Shown here: positions 9,085 through 17,695 of the stretch, in pieces
Position numbering within the stretch: position 1 is the first letter of the stretch
How the letters are laid out: each line of letters begins with the position of its first letter
NCBI GenBank assembly: GCA_964486935.1
Contig: CAZAPG010000007.1
Coordinates: forward strand, 1-40,000
Direction of reading: 5' to 3'
DNA from: an uncultured Caldilineaceae bacterium
GTDB taxonomy: Bacteria; Chloroflexota; Anaerolineae; 4572-78; J111
DNA: 40,000 nt
The notes under the pieces: generated by a model
Seen by the model: only the letters and a program-made list of their open reading frames with translations
Told to the model about the DNA's origin: nothing
Databases searched by the model: none
Translations under genes and position numbers: made by a program

Positions 9085-9591
9085 CTAGACAGCGTTGTAA
9101 GAAATCTCAACATCAGGGGCGCGGCGCAGGGTTTGATAGACAACACAATAACGCTCTGTCAAACGGACCAGGGTTGCCACTTCTTCTTTGCTGGCGTTCG
9201 TTTGCAGGTCAAAGGCTAACCGAATATCTTTGAAGCCAACCGGCGCTTCTTTGGAGACGCCCAGCGTACCCCTAAAATCCAAATCACCTTCGGCTGTAAC
9301 TGTTCCGCCCTGTAGTTCTACCCCAATAGCGGTTGCCACCGCATTGAGCGTAACTCCGGCGCAGGCTACCAGCGCCTCAAGGAGCATGTCGCCAGAACAG
9401 GCGGCAAAACCATCGCCGCCGGTGGCCGGATGAAGTCCGGCTTTAACCAGCGCCCGACCAGTTTCCACATTACAGGTGATCCCTTCGTCAATTCGGCCCT
9501 GGGCTTTTAAGGTTATCACCGCTGCCTGGGGTTCTTCTTGATATTTTTGCTTTAGCGGCGCTTGCAGCGCTTTGAGTTGTTGCGCATTCAT
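9085..9591 (-). CDS. OsmC/Ohr-family peroxiredoxin-like protein
   Basis: Two-Cys OsmC pattern GFAACSGDMLLEALVACAGV. Start set at ATG 9591, which has GGAGG 8 nt upstream. Confidence 0.8.
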   Translation of the reverse strand: MNAQQLKALQAPLKQKYQEEPQAAVITLKAQGRIDEGITCNVETGRALVKAGLHPATGGDGFAACSGDMLLEALVACAGVTLNAVATAIGVELQGGTVTAEGDLDFRGTLGVSKEAPVGFKDIRLAFDLQTNASKEEVATLVRLTERYCVVYQTLRRAPDVEISYNAV

Positions 9592-9613
9592 CAATCTTGC
9601 CTCCATAAAAATT

Positions 9614-10306
9614 TTATATCAAACCTCTCAAAACCGCTCCAGCCTTGTCAGAGAGCAGCGCTGTTCGCAGCCCGACCAGCAGCAATGCAATACCGGCCAT
9701 TTGAATAAGGTGGTACGCGCCGTTGTAATTAAACTGCCAGATTAGGGTAAATAATATCGCTTTATTGGCTTGCGCCCCGGCGGCAACCATTGTCACCAGA
9801 ATACCGGCAACCATCCACCAGGCTCCATCCAGCCGGCCCTGCCAGGCCAGCCAGATATAGCTGCCCAGGGCAAAGAGCATGGCGACGCCTTCGTAAACAA
9901 TAAATACAGTAAAGGTATCGGGCCATAACAGCGTAATTCCAAAAAAGACAACCCCCGCAACCAGCATCAGCGGCAGAGCGCGCCGGGCGACAGCCTGGCC
10001 CCAAACATCGTAGATGGCCCCCACCATAAACAAAGCCACCAGCAGCCCCAACGAGAGATAAAGCGGATGCCAGATAAGGGCGCGGGTGGCGTCGGCCAGT
10101 TGAAAGCCGTGGGCAATGGTTCCTAAAATGGAAGCCAGAGCCAGCAGGCCAAACGCCCAGGCCCACAGTTGGGCTTTCCACGGCTGTTGCTGCCCAATCT
10201 GGAGGATATAAAACACCGCCGCCAGGGCCATTAGGGCTAAAACAGCATCGGTGGCGGCGGTAGTTTGTTCAACGGGTTTGTCGATGAACTGGATTTTGCC
10301 GTTCAT
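9614..10306 (-). CDS. Polytopic membrane protein (6-7 TM helices), function unknown
   Basis: Repeated hydrophobic helices. GGAGG lies 9 nt upstream of ATG 10306. Confidence 0.65.
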   Translation of the reverse strand: MNGKIQFIDKPVEQTTAATDAVLALMALAAVFYILQIGQQQPWKAQLWAWAFGLLALASILGTIAHGFQLADATRALIWHPLYLSLGLLVALFMVGAIYDVWGQAVARRALPLMLVAGVVFFGITLLWPDTFTVFIVYEGVAMLFALGSYIWLAWQGRLDGAWWMVAGILVTMVAAGAQANKAILFTLIWQFNYNGAYHLIQMAGIALLLVGLRTALLSDKAGAVLRGLI

Positions 10307-10384
10307 AGAAGTCAACCTCCAGCTGCCGGCTGTACCCGGCGTAGACAAAAACGGGGAATACTCCCGGCCTTGCGGCCTGCGGCG

Positions 10385-11161
10385 CTATTTATTAAGGCGG
10401 TCAACAAAACGGTCAATCAGGCTGATGACCAGTTGCTCGGCAGCGCGGTCGGTGTCCATTTCGGGGTTCCACATGCTCACCGAAACGGCTACAATTTGCC
10501 GGGTGTTGGTCAAATGGGCCAGCGAGGCTTCGACGGTTTCTAAAGAGGGGCCGCCCTGGGCCGGGTAACTTACCGCGGGCAGGTCGGCCAGTTGCAGCAC
10601 GTCGCAATCAAAGTGAACGTAGATGGATTTGTCAGGCAATTTATGCGCGGTTAAATTGGCGACGTTGGGCAGATGGGTAAGACCGGAACCGGCCACGGCT
10701 TCGGCTTCGCCGGGGTCCAGGTCGCGGGCGTCGGTCAAAATAATATCGGCTTCGGGGTGATTTTCAGCGCCGGCGCCTTCAACAATAGTTTGCTCACCCC
10801 GGCCGCATAACATGGCCAGGGGCATACCGCCGATGAATCCGCTGGGGGTGGTGTCGGGCGTGTTGAAATCGCCGTGGGCGTCGTACCAAACCAGGGTAAA
10901 ATTAGGCGACTCGCGCTGCAAGCCGGCCAGCACGCCGATGCTGGCGGTGCAATCTCCGGCTATAACCACCGGCAGATTGCCTTCGGCCCGCACGGCGGCT
11001 ACTTCGTCGGCCAGGGCGCGGTTCAGGGCGCCCATTCGCCGGGTGGGGCTGCCCTGGGGCAACAGAGGAGTTACCAGCCGCCAGGTATGTCGAGCTACGG
11101 CGGCGTGAAGCGGGCTAAAATCGCCCATCCAATGAGGAACTAAAATATAAATTGGTCTCAT
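10385..11161 (-). CDS. Arginase/agmatinase/formiminoglutamase-family ureohydrolase
   Basis: Metal-site motifs DAHGDFNTP, GGMPLAML, HFDCDVL. Start at ATG 11161 (MRPIYIL). Confidence 0.8.
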   Translation of the reverse strand: MRPIYILVPHWMGDFSPLHAAVARHTWRLVTPLLPQGSPTRRMGALNRALADEVAAVRAEGNLPVVIAGDCTASIGVLAGLQRESPNFTLVWYDAHGDFNTPDTTPSGFIGGMPLAMLCGRGEQTIVEGAGAENHPEADIILTDARDLDPGEAEAVAGSGLTHLPNVANLTAHKLPDKSIYVHFDCDVLQLADLPAVSYPAQGGPSLETVEASLAHLTNTRQIVAVSVSMWNPEMDTDRAAEQLVISLIDRFVDRLNK

Positions 11162-11326
11162 GGTAATTTTACCTGGAGTCGGACAGTTCCAACAAGATGA
11201 CACCCATACCCAAAGGACACGGGCAGACACAGTAAATAAAAACCTGGGGAGTCAAAGTATACTTTGACACTCCGCCACCGTTATTTTCAGAGGAATCGTC
11301 ATGAGCCTGCGGCGCGCTGCCAAGAA

Positions 11327-12109
11327 TTAATCTTCGTAATCAATGCCGGGCGGCAAAAACCATTGGTGTTGGGTATAAATGCTAAAACCAAATCGGTTAA
11401 ACAGGTGGTAGGCGTGGGCGGTAGAAAAGAGCGCAGTAATATCCGCGCCAAATTCGCTGGCATCAACCAGCATGCTGTGCAGCAGGGTGGTGGCGACGCC
11501 CCGCTGCCGGAACTGGTCGATGGTGCACAGGTTCCAAACGCTGGCCACGCCATCGGCGCAAATGATGGTTCCCGCGCCTACGGGTTGCTCATTTAAAAAA
11601 GCCAGGTAATGTTTGATGCGCGGCTCTTCAAAATGCCGTGCCGGGTAAAATTTAATCAAATCCTTGAGTGGAAAATCAAACACGGCATGCAAGGTAGTGC
11701 AAAAAGCAGTGAGCGAAGGCACGGTTGTAACCCGTTGAACGGTAACATCTGGATTTAGCTCTACCTTATCGTGCGCGCCCTGCAACATCATGGCCGGCTG
11801 CGGCGGCAGCGATTGGTAGCGCAGTTGGCTTAGATAATCCGGCCCGTCGGGCAACTGGTCGTGGATAATTTCTACCACATAATGAATATTTCTGGATGAA
11901 AAAAAGGCAGAAGTATCGGCCAGGGTATCTTCTGTTAACCCTTTAGGGTCAAGCGGCATAAACGTATTGAAGGTGGGCAGGTGAACGCCGCTGTAGCCCC
12001 GCACCCAATGAGGCATCACTTCAAATAATCCGCCCGAAATTGTGCGATAAAAAACAGCCTTGGCTGTAATCAAATGTTGGTCTATGGCAAATCGGGTTGC
12101 AGAATCCAT
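11327..12109 (-). CDS. GNAT-family N-acetyltransferase
   Basis: Motif A: IDQFRQRGVATTLLHSML in the C-terminal half. Confidence 0.7.
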   Translation of the reverse strand: MDSATRFAIDQHLITAKAVFYRTISGGLFEVMPHWVRGYSGVHLPTFNTFMPLDPKGLTEDTLADTSAFFSSRNIHYVVEIIHDQLPDGPDYLSQLRYQSLPPQPAMMLQGAHDKVELNPDVTVQRVTTVPSLTAFCTTLHAVFDFPLKDLIKFYPARHFEEPRIKHYLAFLNEQPVGAGTIICADGVASVWNLCTIDQFRQRGVATTLLHSMLVDASEFGADITALFSTAHAYHLFNRFGFSIYTQHQWFLPPGIDYED

Positions 12110-12221
12110 ACCTTACCCATTGTTTTTCAGGATAGAGAAGGATAACATATCAGGAAACTTTTTGCCAAATTGTCAGCGCGGTGTGAGATTATTTACGCCT
12201 GGTCACAATAAAACAGAGCCG

Positions 12222-12812
12222 TTACCAGTCGCCATCTTTACGGGGCCAACGTTCCATAAAATCTTCTTCGGGGGGGACTCCCAGAGCATCGGCAATACGA
12301 TTGATGTAGTTAAAATAAGCGGCAATTTGGGTAATATCGTGAATTTCCTCGTCGCTGTAACCGCAGCGCCGCAATTGTTTGATATCTTCCTGACTCATCT
12401 GGCTGGGGGTCAGCGTTAATTTCTCGGCAAAGGCCAGCGCTGTCTGAGTGCGTTCCGGCAGCCCCGCCGAGCGCCAATTTTGGGCAAACCGGTCAACCAG
12501 GGCGTCGTCATCGGCCTCTTCACGGAGGTCGTGCAAATGGGCTTGCGTTCAATAATGGCAGTGGTTGGCCTGAGAAACCACCACTGCAATCATCTCTCGC
12601 TCTGGCCGGCCCAACATGGGGCTGCTTTGGTGCACTATGGAGCCGTACAATCGCATCGAGGCTTGCAGCGTAGCTGGCCGCAGGCTCATAATCCGCACAA
12701 TATTCCAGATTTTTCCGGCCCGTTTAATGGCGGCATTGTACTCTTTTTTTAGCAAGCCGGTGGCTTCTTCATTATAGAGCCAGCGAATCCAGGGTTTAAG
12801 GGTGGGGTTCAT
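12222..12812 (-). CDS. AhpD/carboxymuconolactone-decarboxylase-like 'peroxidase-related' protein with one in-frame TGA (candidate selenocysteine, alternatively a nonsense pseudogene)
   Basis: Track ORFs 12549..12812 and 12222..12536 share one frame and are separated only by TGA (complement of 12549..12551) plus 4 sense codons. The joined reading is EREMIAVVVSQANHCHY[TGA]TQAHLHDL. This fits the family pattern VS..N.C.YC..AH with TGA at the second Cys. Confidence 0.6.
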
Positions 12813-13767
12813 GGTGTCGCTTTTCGTACCAGTTTTTTATATCGGGCAAATGGTCATGGTAATGCTCACTTATATAAGTGATAAGTTCGGCCAGCGTGCC
12901 CCGGTCGCCCAGCCAGGGATAAGAGCCGCGTAGTTTCCAATCGCCGGGTTTAAGTTTGGTTACAAATTTATCAACAACCCGCTGGGTCTCGCGCAGATAG
13001 TGGTGATTTTCGGGCCAGCTTTTGTCAGCTCGATTGGCGGCCATAATTTCGTTCCACCCGGCAATGGTTTGGGCTACCGGCTCTACGGCGGGCTGAGAGG
13101 GGTCGTGAATGTGTCGCGCAACCATCAGGATTACCTGTTCCCAATCGGCAATGTGCCCCACCAGGTCGCTAATTGACCAGCCATTTACCGCACCTTTGGC
13201 CAGCACATCGCCTTCGGTGAACTTGTCCAAAACAATCATAAATTGGGCGCGGCGCTTTAACAGCTCGGCTTTAATAGCCGCCGGCTCTATCGCGGCTTCC
13301 AGTTTTTTACGCCATTGCTCAATCTCTATGGCATGGCGACGCTCGTGCTCCATCATAATATCAATCACGTAACTGCGAATGGTCAGCACCCGGCCCCGGC
13401 GTTCGTGCCGGCGGTCAATCTCCACATGGTCAATTGAGGTGATGATATCCAAAATCTGCTGGTGGGTCGATTGAATTGCAGCCAGCACTTCCGCCAGTGA
13501 TTTATCCTTCCAGGCCGCCACCGACTGCTGGTTGTGCTCTTCAACCTCAACGCCGGGTATTTCACCGGCTCTATCTTGCAAAATTAGCGGCAGGGTTGCC
13601 AGCACGCGCCGGTCCCAGCCAATCACATGGGCCAGCACATCTTTTATCGTCCAGTTCTCGTAGATGGGCGTTTGGGTCAACTCACGCTCAGATAGGCCGT
13701 CAATGGCGTCGAGCAGGGTTGAGCGTCCAAATTTCAATTCTGATACAATTTCAGCGATGCTTCCCAT
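12796..13767 (-). CDS. Tandem DinB/DinB_2-like four-helix-bundle protein
   Basis: Two ~160-aa halves. Each has a W(T/S)I.D(V/L)..H motif (WTIKDVLAHVIGWD, WSISDLVGHIADWE) and a C-terminal EH..H..I..W motif. The stop overlaps the downstream AhpD-like start by 17 nt. Confidence 0.7.
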   Translation of the reverse strand: MGSIAEIVSELKFGRSTLLDAIDGLSERELTQTPIYENWTIKDVLAHVIGWDRRVLATLPLILQDRAGEIPGVEVEEHNQQSVAAWKDKSLAEVLAAIQSTHQQILDIITSIDHVEIDRRHERRGRVLTIRSYVIDIMMEHERRHAIEIEQWRKKLEAAIEPAAIKAELLKRRAQFMIVLDKFTEGDVLAKGAVNGWSISDLVGHIADWEQVILMVARHIHDPSQPAVEPVAQTIAGWNEIMAANRADKSWPENHHYLRETQRVVDKFVTKLKPGDWKLRGSYPWLGDRGTLAELITYISEHYHDHLPDIKNWYEKRHHEPHP

Positions 13768-13776
13768 AATTATCCC

Positions 13777-15651
13777 CTAACTTTGCCCAACCCCCGCCGC
13801 AACCACTTCTATCACCTCGGCGGCCAGGTCGTACCGGCCAAAAGCCGGAATCAGATAAACACCCTGCACAAAGGGTTGCAGTTGCCTGATTAAATCGCGG
13901 GCCAGCCCGACGCCCATTTCCGCGCCGTTATCGCCAGCTGCGCGCATTTGCTGCCGGTACTCATCGGGAATATAGATGCCGGGCACTTCGTTGTGCAAAA
14001 ATTCGGCGTGGCGGCCATTGTACAGGGGCAGCACCCCGGCAATAATGGGCAGCGGCCACGGGCCGTATTCATCTTCGTATCGGGTTATAAACGCTCTGGC
14101 TCGTTCAACATTGTAAACAGGCTGGGTGAGGGCAAAATCGGCTCCGCTTTCAATTTTGCGATGCAATATTTTTAGCTCTCGCTCCGGGTCGGTAGGGGTC
14201 AGGTTGAGGGCGCAGCCAACCAAAAAATTGGTAGGTTGGGCCAGCGGCTCGCCGCCGTAATCAAGCCCTTTGTTGAACCCTTGCTTGAGCAGTTTTATCA
14301 GGCCGGTAGGCACCAGGTCATACTCATTGAGCGCTTCGGGATACTCGCCAATGGAAGTGGGATCGCCCATCACCGCAAAAATATTGCGCACGTTAAGCGC
14401 GTGCGCGGCCAGCAGGTCGCCCTGCACCCGCAAAATATTGCGCCCGCGGATGGGAAAGTGCAGCACCGTTTCCAGGTCAAGCCGGGTTTGAATCAGATGG
14501 CAGACCGCCCAGGGACTCATGCGCATGTGGGCGCGGGGGCTATCGGCCACGTTAATGGTGTTGGCTCCGGCAGATTTTAGGGTAGACACCCCGGCCAGCA
14601 CCCGCTCTACCGAAAAGCCTTTGGGCGGGCTGATTTCGGCGGTAACAACAAACTCGCCGGTTGACAGGCAACGGGCCAGACGGGTCGGCCCCAACACGTC
14701 AACCGTTCGGCCTGCCGACAGGTCATCACCCGGCAGGCGGGGCAAATCGGGCGCGTGGCGGGTTGGGTCATCCAGCGCGGCCCGCATGTAGGCTATATGC
14801 TGCGGGGTAGTGCCGCAGCAGCCGCCCACCAGCCGGGCGCCGGCCTCGATAAAAGCCAGGGCGTACTCGCCAAAGTATTCGGGGGTGGCCGGGTACATAA
14901 TCCGCTCGCCTACGCGCTCCGGCCAGCCGGCGTTAGGCTGGGCCGAAAGGCGGGTTTGGCCGGGCAAAAACTCGCCCAGGGTGCGGAGCGCGCGCAACAC
15001 GCCGGCGGGGCCAATAGAGCAGTTAATGCCAATTACGTCGATGGGCAGGCCGGCCAGTAGTTCGGCCACTTTTTGCGGCGTGTGGCCCAGGGGCGTGCGC
15101 ATATCTTCGGTAAAGGTAACGTGAGCCACAAGGGGGATATCTGGCGACACCTCGCGGGCGGCCTGTACGGCCTGGCGCAGCTCGTGCAGGTCAGAAAAGG
15201 TGTCGAAGATGAGCAGGTCTGCCCCGGCTTCAATTAAGGCGCTCACCTGCTCAACAAAGGCGCTGTGGGCCTCTTTGCTGCTTAACCGCCCCAGCGGGGC
15301 CAGCCGCAGGCCGAGTGGCCCAACGGTGCCGGCCACAAACAGATTTTTGAAGGCGGCATCCACCACCCGCCGGGCCAGCGAGACTCCGGCCCGGTTGATA
15401 TCGGCCACTTTGTGAGACAGGCCGTGCTCGGCCAGTTTGTAGCGATTGGCTCCAAAGGTGTTGGTTTCAATCACGTTAGCGCCAGCCTCAATATAGCCGC
15501 GATGAATGTCGGCAATCAGGGCCGGGTGGCTTAGATTGAGTTCATCGAAACAGCGTTCAAAGGGGATGCCTTTGGCGTAAATCATTGTTCCCATTGCGCC
15601 ATCGCACAGCAAGGGACGGTTATCAAGTTCGGTCAGAAACTTGTAAGTCAT
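13777..15651 (-). CDS. Bifunctional homocysteine S-methyltransferase / methylenetetrahydrofolate reductase (YitJ-type fusion)
   Basis: N-terminal Hcy-binding domain (LCDGAMGT, zinc-ligand motif GGCCGTTP). C-terminal MTHFR domain (FALTQPVY, IIAGVLPL). Confidence 0.9.
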   Translation of the reverse strand: MTYKFLTELDNRPLLCDGAMGTMIYAKGIPFERCFDELNLSHPALIADIHRGYIEAGANVIETNTFGANRYKLAEHGLSHKVADINRAGVSLARRVVDAAFKNLFVAGTVGPLGLRLAPLGRLSSKEAHSAFVEQVSALIEAGADLLIFDTFSDLHELRQAVQAAREVSPDIPLVAHVTFTEDMRTPLGHTPQKVAELLAGLPIDVIGINCSIGPAGVLRALRTLGEFLPGQTRLSAQPNAGWPERVGERIMYPATPEYFGEYALAFIEAGARLVGGCCGTTPQHIAYMRAALDDPTRHAPDLPRLPGDDLSAGRTVDVLGPTRLARCLSTGEFVVTAEISPPKGFSVERVLAGVSTLKSAGANTINVADSPRAHMRMSPWAVCHLIQTRLDLETVLHFPIRGRNILRVQGDLLAAHALNVRNIFAVMGDPTSIGEYPEALNEYDLVPTGLIKLLKQGFNKGLDYGGEPLAQPTNFLVGCALNLTPTDPERELKILHRKIESGADFALTQPVYNVERARAFITRYEDEYGPWPLPIIAGVLPLYNGRHAEFLHNEVPGIYIPDEYRQQMRAAGDNGAEMGVGLARDLIRQLQPFVQGVYLIPAFGRYDLAAEVIEVVAAGVGQS

Positions 15652-15678
15652 AAAATTATCTCAATTTAATCTGACTTT

Positions 15679-16341
15679 TTAACTTTTAACTTTCTTGGGG
15701 AGCTGTTTCTCTACATACAGCTTGCCGGCGGGAGTGACGCTCAGGTTGCCTGATTTGGAAATTTTTATCCAGCGGTTCTGCCGGGCGGTTGATTGCAGGC
15801 TGGCTTCCAAATCGAGCGGGGCGCGGATTCTGGCCGCCCGGTAGCAGGTATAAACGTGGTCGGTAGTAATGGATTTGAGATGGCGCATATTTTGTAAATA
15901 GTGCAAAAACACCAGGTTGCGTTCTTCGTTGGTGATGGGGAATTTGGCATCCATAAACTCTACCAAAGAAGGACGGCCACCGTTGGCAGACAGGTCGAGA
16001 TTATCTAAATAGGTGTAAATTGGTTTTTGCGGCGCGGGTTTGGGTTGAGGCGACTCCGGTTGAGGTTGGGCGGCAGGCTGTTCTTCCTGTAGGGGGGCCG
16101 GGGCGGGTTCCGAAGCCTCAATAACAGTCGTTTTTTCTTCTTTGGCGGGCGCTTTGCTGGCGGCTTTGGTTTTGGAGCTTTTTCGGGGTTTACGGGTTCG
16201 GCGAGGCACCAGTGACGTTTCGGCGGCCTCTTCGCTAATAAAATGGGCTTTGAAATCCGTATAGATGGCCTTTACAAAAGACTCGCTACCTTCAACCTCC
16301 AGAACACCTTCGGATAAGTCAATCTTTAACCGCGTTGTCAT
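15679..16341 (-). CDS. Hypothetical protein with a Pro/Gln/Ala-rich linker
   Basis: Start set at ATG 16341 (GGAGGAG upstream). The 27-nt gap to the downstream gene suggests co-transcription. No family recognised. Confidence 0.6.
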   Translation of the reverse strand: MTTRLKIDLSEGVLEVEGSESFVKAIYTDFKAHFISEEAAETSLVPRRTRKPRKSSKTKAASKAPAKEEKTTVIEASEPAPAPLQEEQPAAQPQPESPQPKPAPQKPIYTYLDNLDLSANGGRPSLVEFMDAKFPITNEERNLVFLHYLQNMRHLKSITTDHVYTCYRAARIRAPLDLEASLQSTARQNRWIKISKSGNLSVTPAGKLYVEKQLPKKVKS

Positions 16342-16393
16342 TGAGATGCTCCTCCGTGTGGCTAGCAAAATTACCCCTTGCCAGATTATCTGG

Positions 16394-16402
16394 ATTATAT
16401 CA
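16394..16402 (-). promoter_or_regulatory. Possible extended -10 (TGATATAAT) for the minus-strand operon
   Basis: The minus strand reads TGATATAAT about 50 nt upstream of ATG 16341. It is followed by the palindrome CCAGATAATCTGG. The -35 is poor. Confidence 0.3.
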
Positions 16403-16430
16403 CATTCTAACAAATCCATAAAACAGTTAA

Positions 16431-16459
16431 TTGACAAGAACCCCAATTACGACCATATT
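16431..16459 (+). promoter_or_regulatory. Possible sigma-70-type promoter for the glycosyltransferase operon
   Basis: TTGACA, a 17-nt spacer, then CATATT. ATG 16466 follows almost immediately and has no RBS, so the mRNA may be leaderless. Confidence 0.3.
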
Positions 16460-16465
16460 TAAACC

Positions 16466-17635
16466 ATGACGGTTCAAATAGGCATTGATTACACCGCCGC
16501 TATCCATCAAACGGCGGGCATTGGCCGCTATGTTCGAGAACTGGTTGGCGCCCTGGCCGGGATGCAAAACAATGGCTTCGTCCCGCAATATCGGCTGTTT
16601 GTAGCCGCTGCCGGGCGCAATTTTCATCTGCCGCCGCCTGCGGCTAATTTTAGCTGGCATCCCACCCAAATTACCGAGCGCTGGCTGGCCCGGTTCTGGT
16701 ACCGCCTGCGGCTGCCGCTGCCTGTTCAAACCTGGACCGGCCCGCTAAATCTGTTTCACGCGCCAGATTTTTTTCTGCCGCCGGTGCGTCGCCAAACGCG
16801 AACCCTGGTAACGGTTCACGATCTCTCTTTTGTGCGCCTGCCAGAAACCACCATGACGGGCATGGAACGGCAGTTGAATACCTGGGCGCCGCTGTCGGTG
16901 CAGCGGGCCAACCACGTGATTGCCGTATCTGAGGCCACGCGGCAAGATTTAATTGAGTTGTACGGCACCCCCCCGGAAAAAATCAGCGTGCTGTATCATG
17001 GCGTGGGTTTGGCCTTCAGACCAATCACCGACGCCGCCAAATTGAACGCCGTCCGTAAAAAATACAATCTCAATGAGGCTCCATTTGTATTGAGCGTGGG
17101 CACCATCCAGCCCCGCAAAAATTACGGGCGACTCATTCAGGCGCTGGCCCGGCTAGACCCGCCGGTTGCGTTAGTAATTGTGGGTAGCAAAGGCTGGGCT
17201 TATGAATCGGTGTTCAACCAGATTGCCCAACTTGGCCTGGAAAAACGGGTTCATTTTCCCGGCTTTGTAGACGATACCGACCTGCCCGCGCTCTACAGCG
17301 CCGCCGCGTTGTTTGCCTACCCCTCGCTGTACGAGGGCTTTGGCCTGCCCGCCCTGGAGGCGATGGCTTGCGGTACGCCGGTGGTGGCCTCAAATCAGTC
17401 GGCCCTGCCAGAAGTGATCGGCCAGGCTGGTTTGCTGGTAGACCCGTATAGCGTCGATGAAATCGCAACGGCCTTGAACCAGATTTTGACCCATGACCGG
17501 TTACGCGCCAAATTATCAGTTGCCGGTATGGCTCAAGCCGCTAAATTTACCTGGCCCAAAATGGCAGCCGAGTTGATAAAGTTGTATCAACAACTAATTG
17601 GAAAAGGAGTCAAGGGAGTAGGCAGTAGGGGGTAA
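16466..17635 (+). CDS. Family-1 (GT4-like, GT-B fold) glycosyltransferase
   Basis: FAYPSLYEGFGLPALEAMACGTPVVAS (E-x7-E motif). Confidence 0.85.
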   Translation: MTVQIGIDYTAAIHQTAGIGRYVRELVGALAGMQNNGFVPQYRLFVAAAGRNFHLPPPAANFSWHPTQITERWLARFWYRLRLPLPVQTWTGPLNLFHAPDFFLPPVRRQTRTLVTVHDLSFVRLPETTMTGMERQLNTWAPLSVQRANHVIAVSEATRQDLIELYGTPPEKISVLYHGVGLAFRPITDAAKLNAVRKKYNLNEAPFVLSVGTIQPRKNYGRLIQALARLDPPVALVIVGSKGWAYESVFNQIAQLGLEKRVHFPGFVDDTDLPALYSAAALFAYPSLYEGFGLPALEAMACGTPVVASNQSALPEVIGQAGLLVDPYSVDEIATALNQILTHDRLRAKLSVAGMAQAAKFTWPKMAAELIKLYQQLIGKGVKGVGSRG

Positions 17636-17688
17636 GGGGAGGGATGTATATTGGTTCCTCTGCTCCTTACTCCCTACTCCATACCCCC
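17606..17688. repeat. Inverted pair of heptamer arrays forming a long imperfect hairpin
   Basis: Left arm GGAGTAG GCAGTAG GGGGTAA GGGGAGG. Right arm CTCTGCT CCTTACT CCCTACT CCATACC, which is the reverse complement of the same GTAGGGA-type unit. Spans the stop of one GT gene and the leader of the next. Confidence 0.7.
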
Positions 17689-17695
17689 GCTGTTA

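Noticed and set aside
12222-12812. Treating 12549..12812 and 12222..12536 as two independent genes
   Set aside because: They share one frame and are separated by one TGA. The second fragment would need a TTG start without an RBS. Together they reconstitute one AhpD/CMD-like domain.
15652-15678. SAM riboswitch / S-box leader upstream of the YitJ-type gene (as in Bacillus)
   Set aside because: Only 27 nt separate it from the upstream co-oriented gene. The 124-nt region upstream of that gene shows no S-box-like conserved core by eye.
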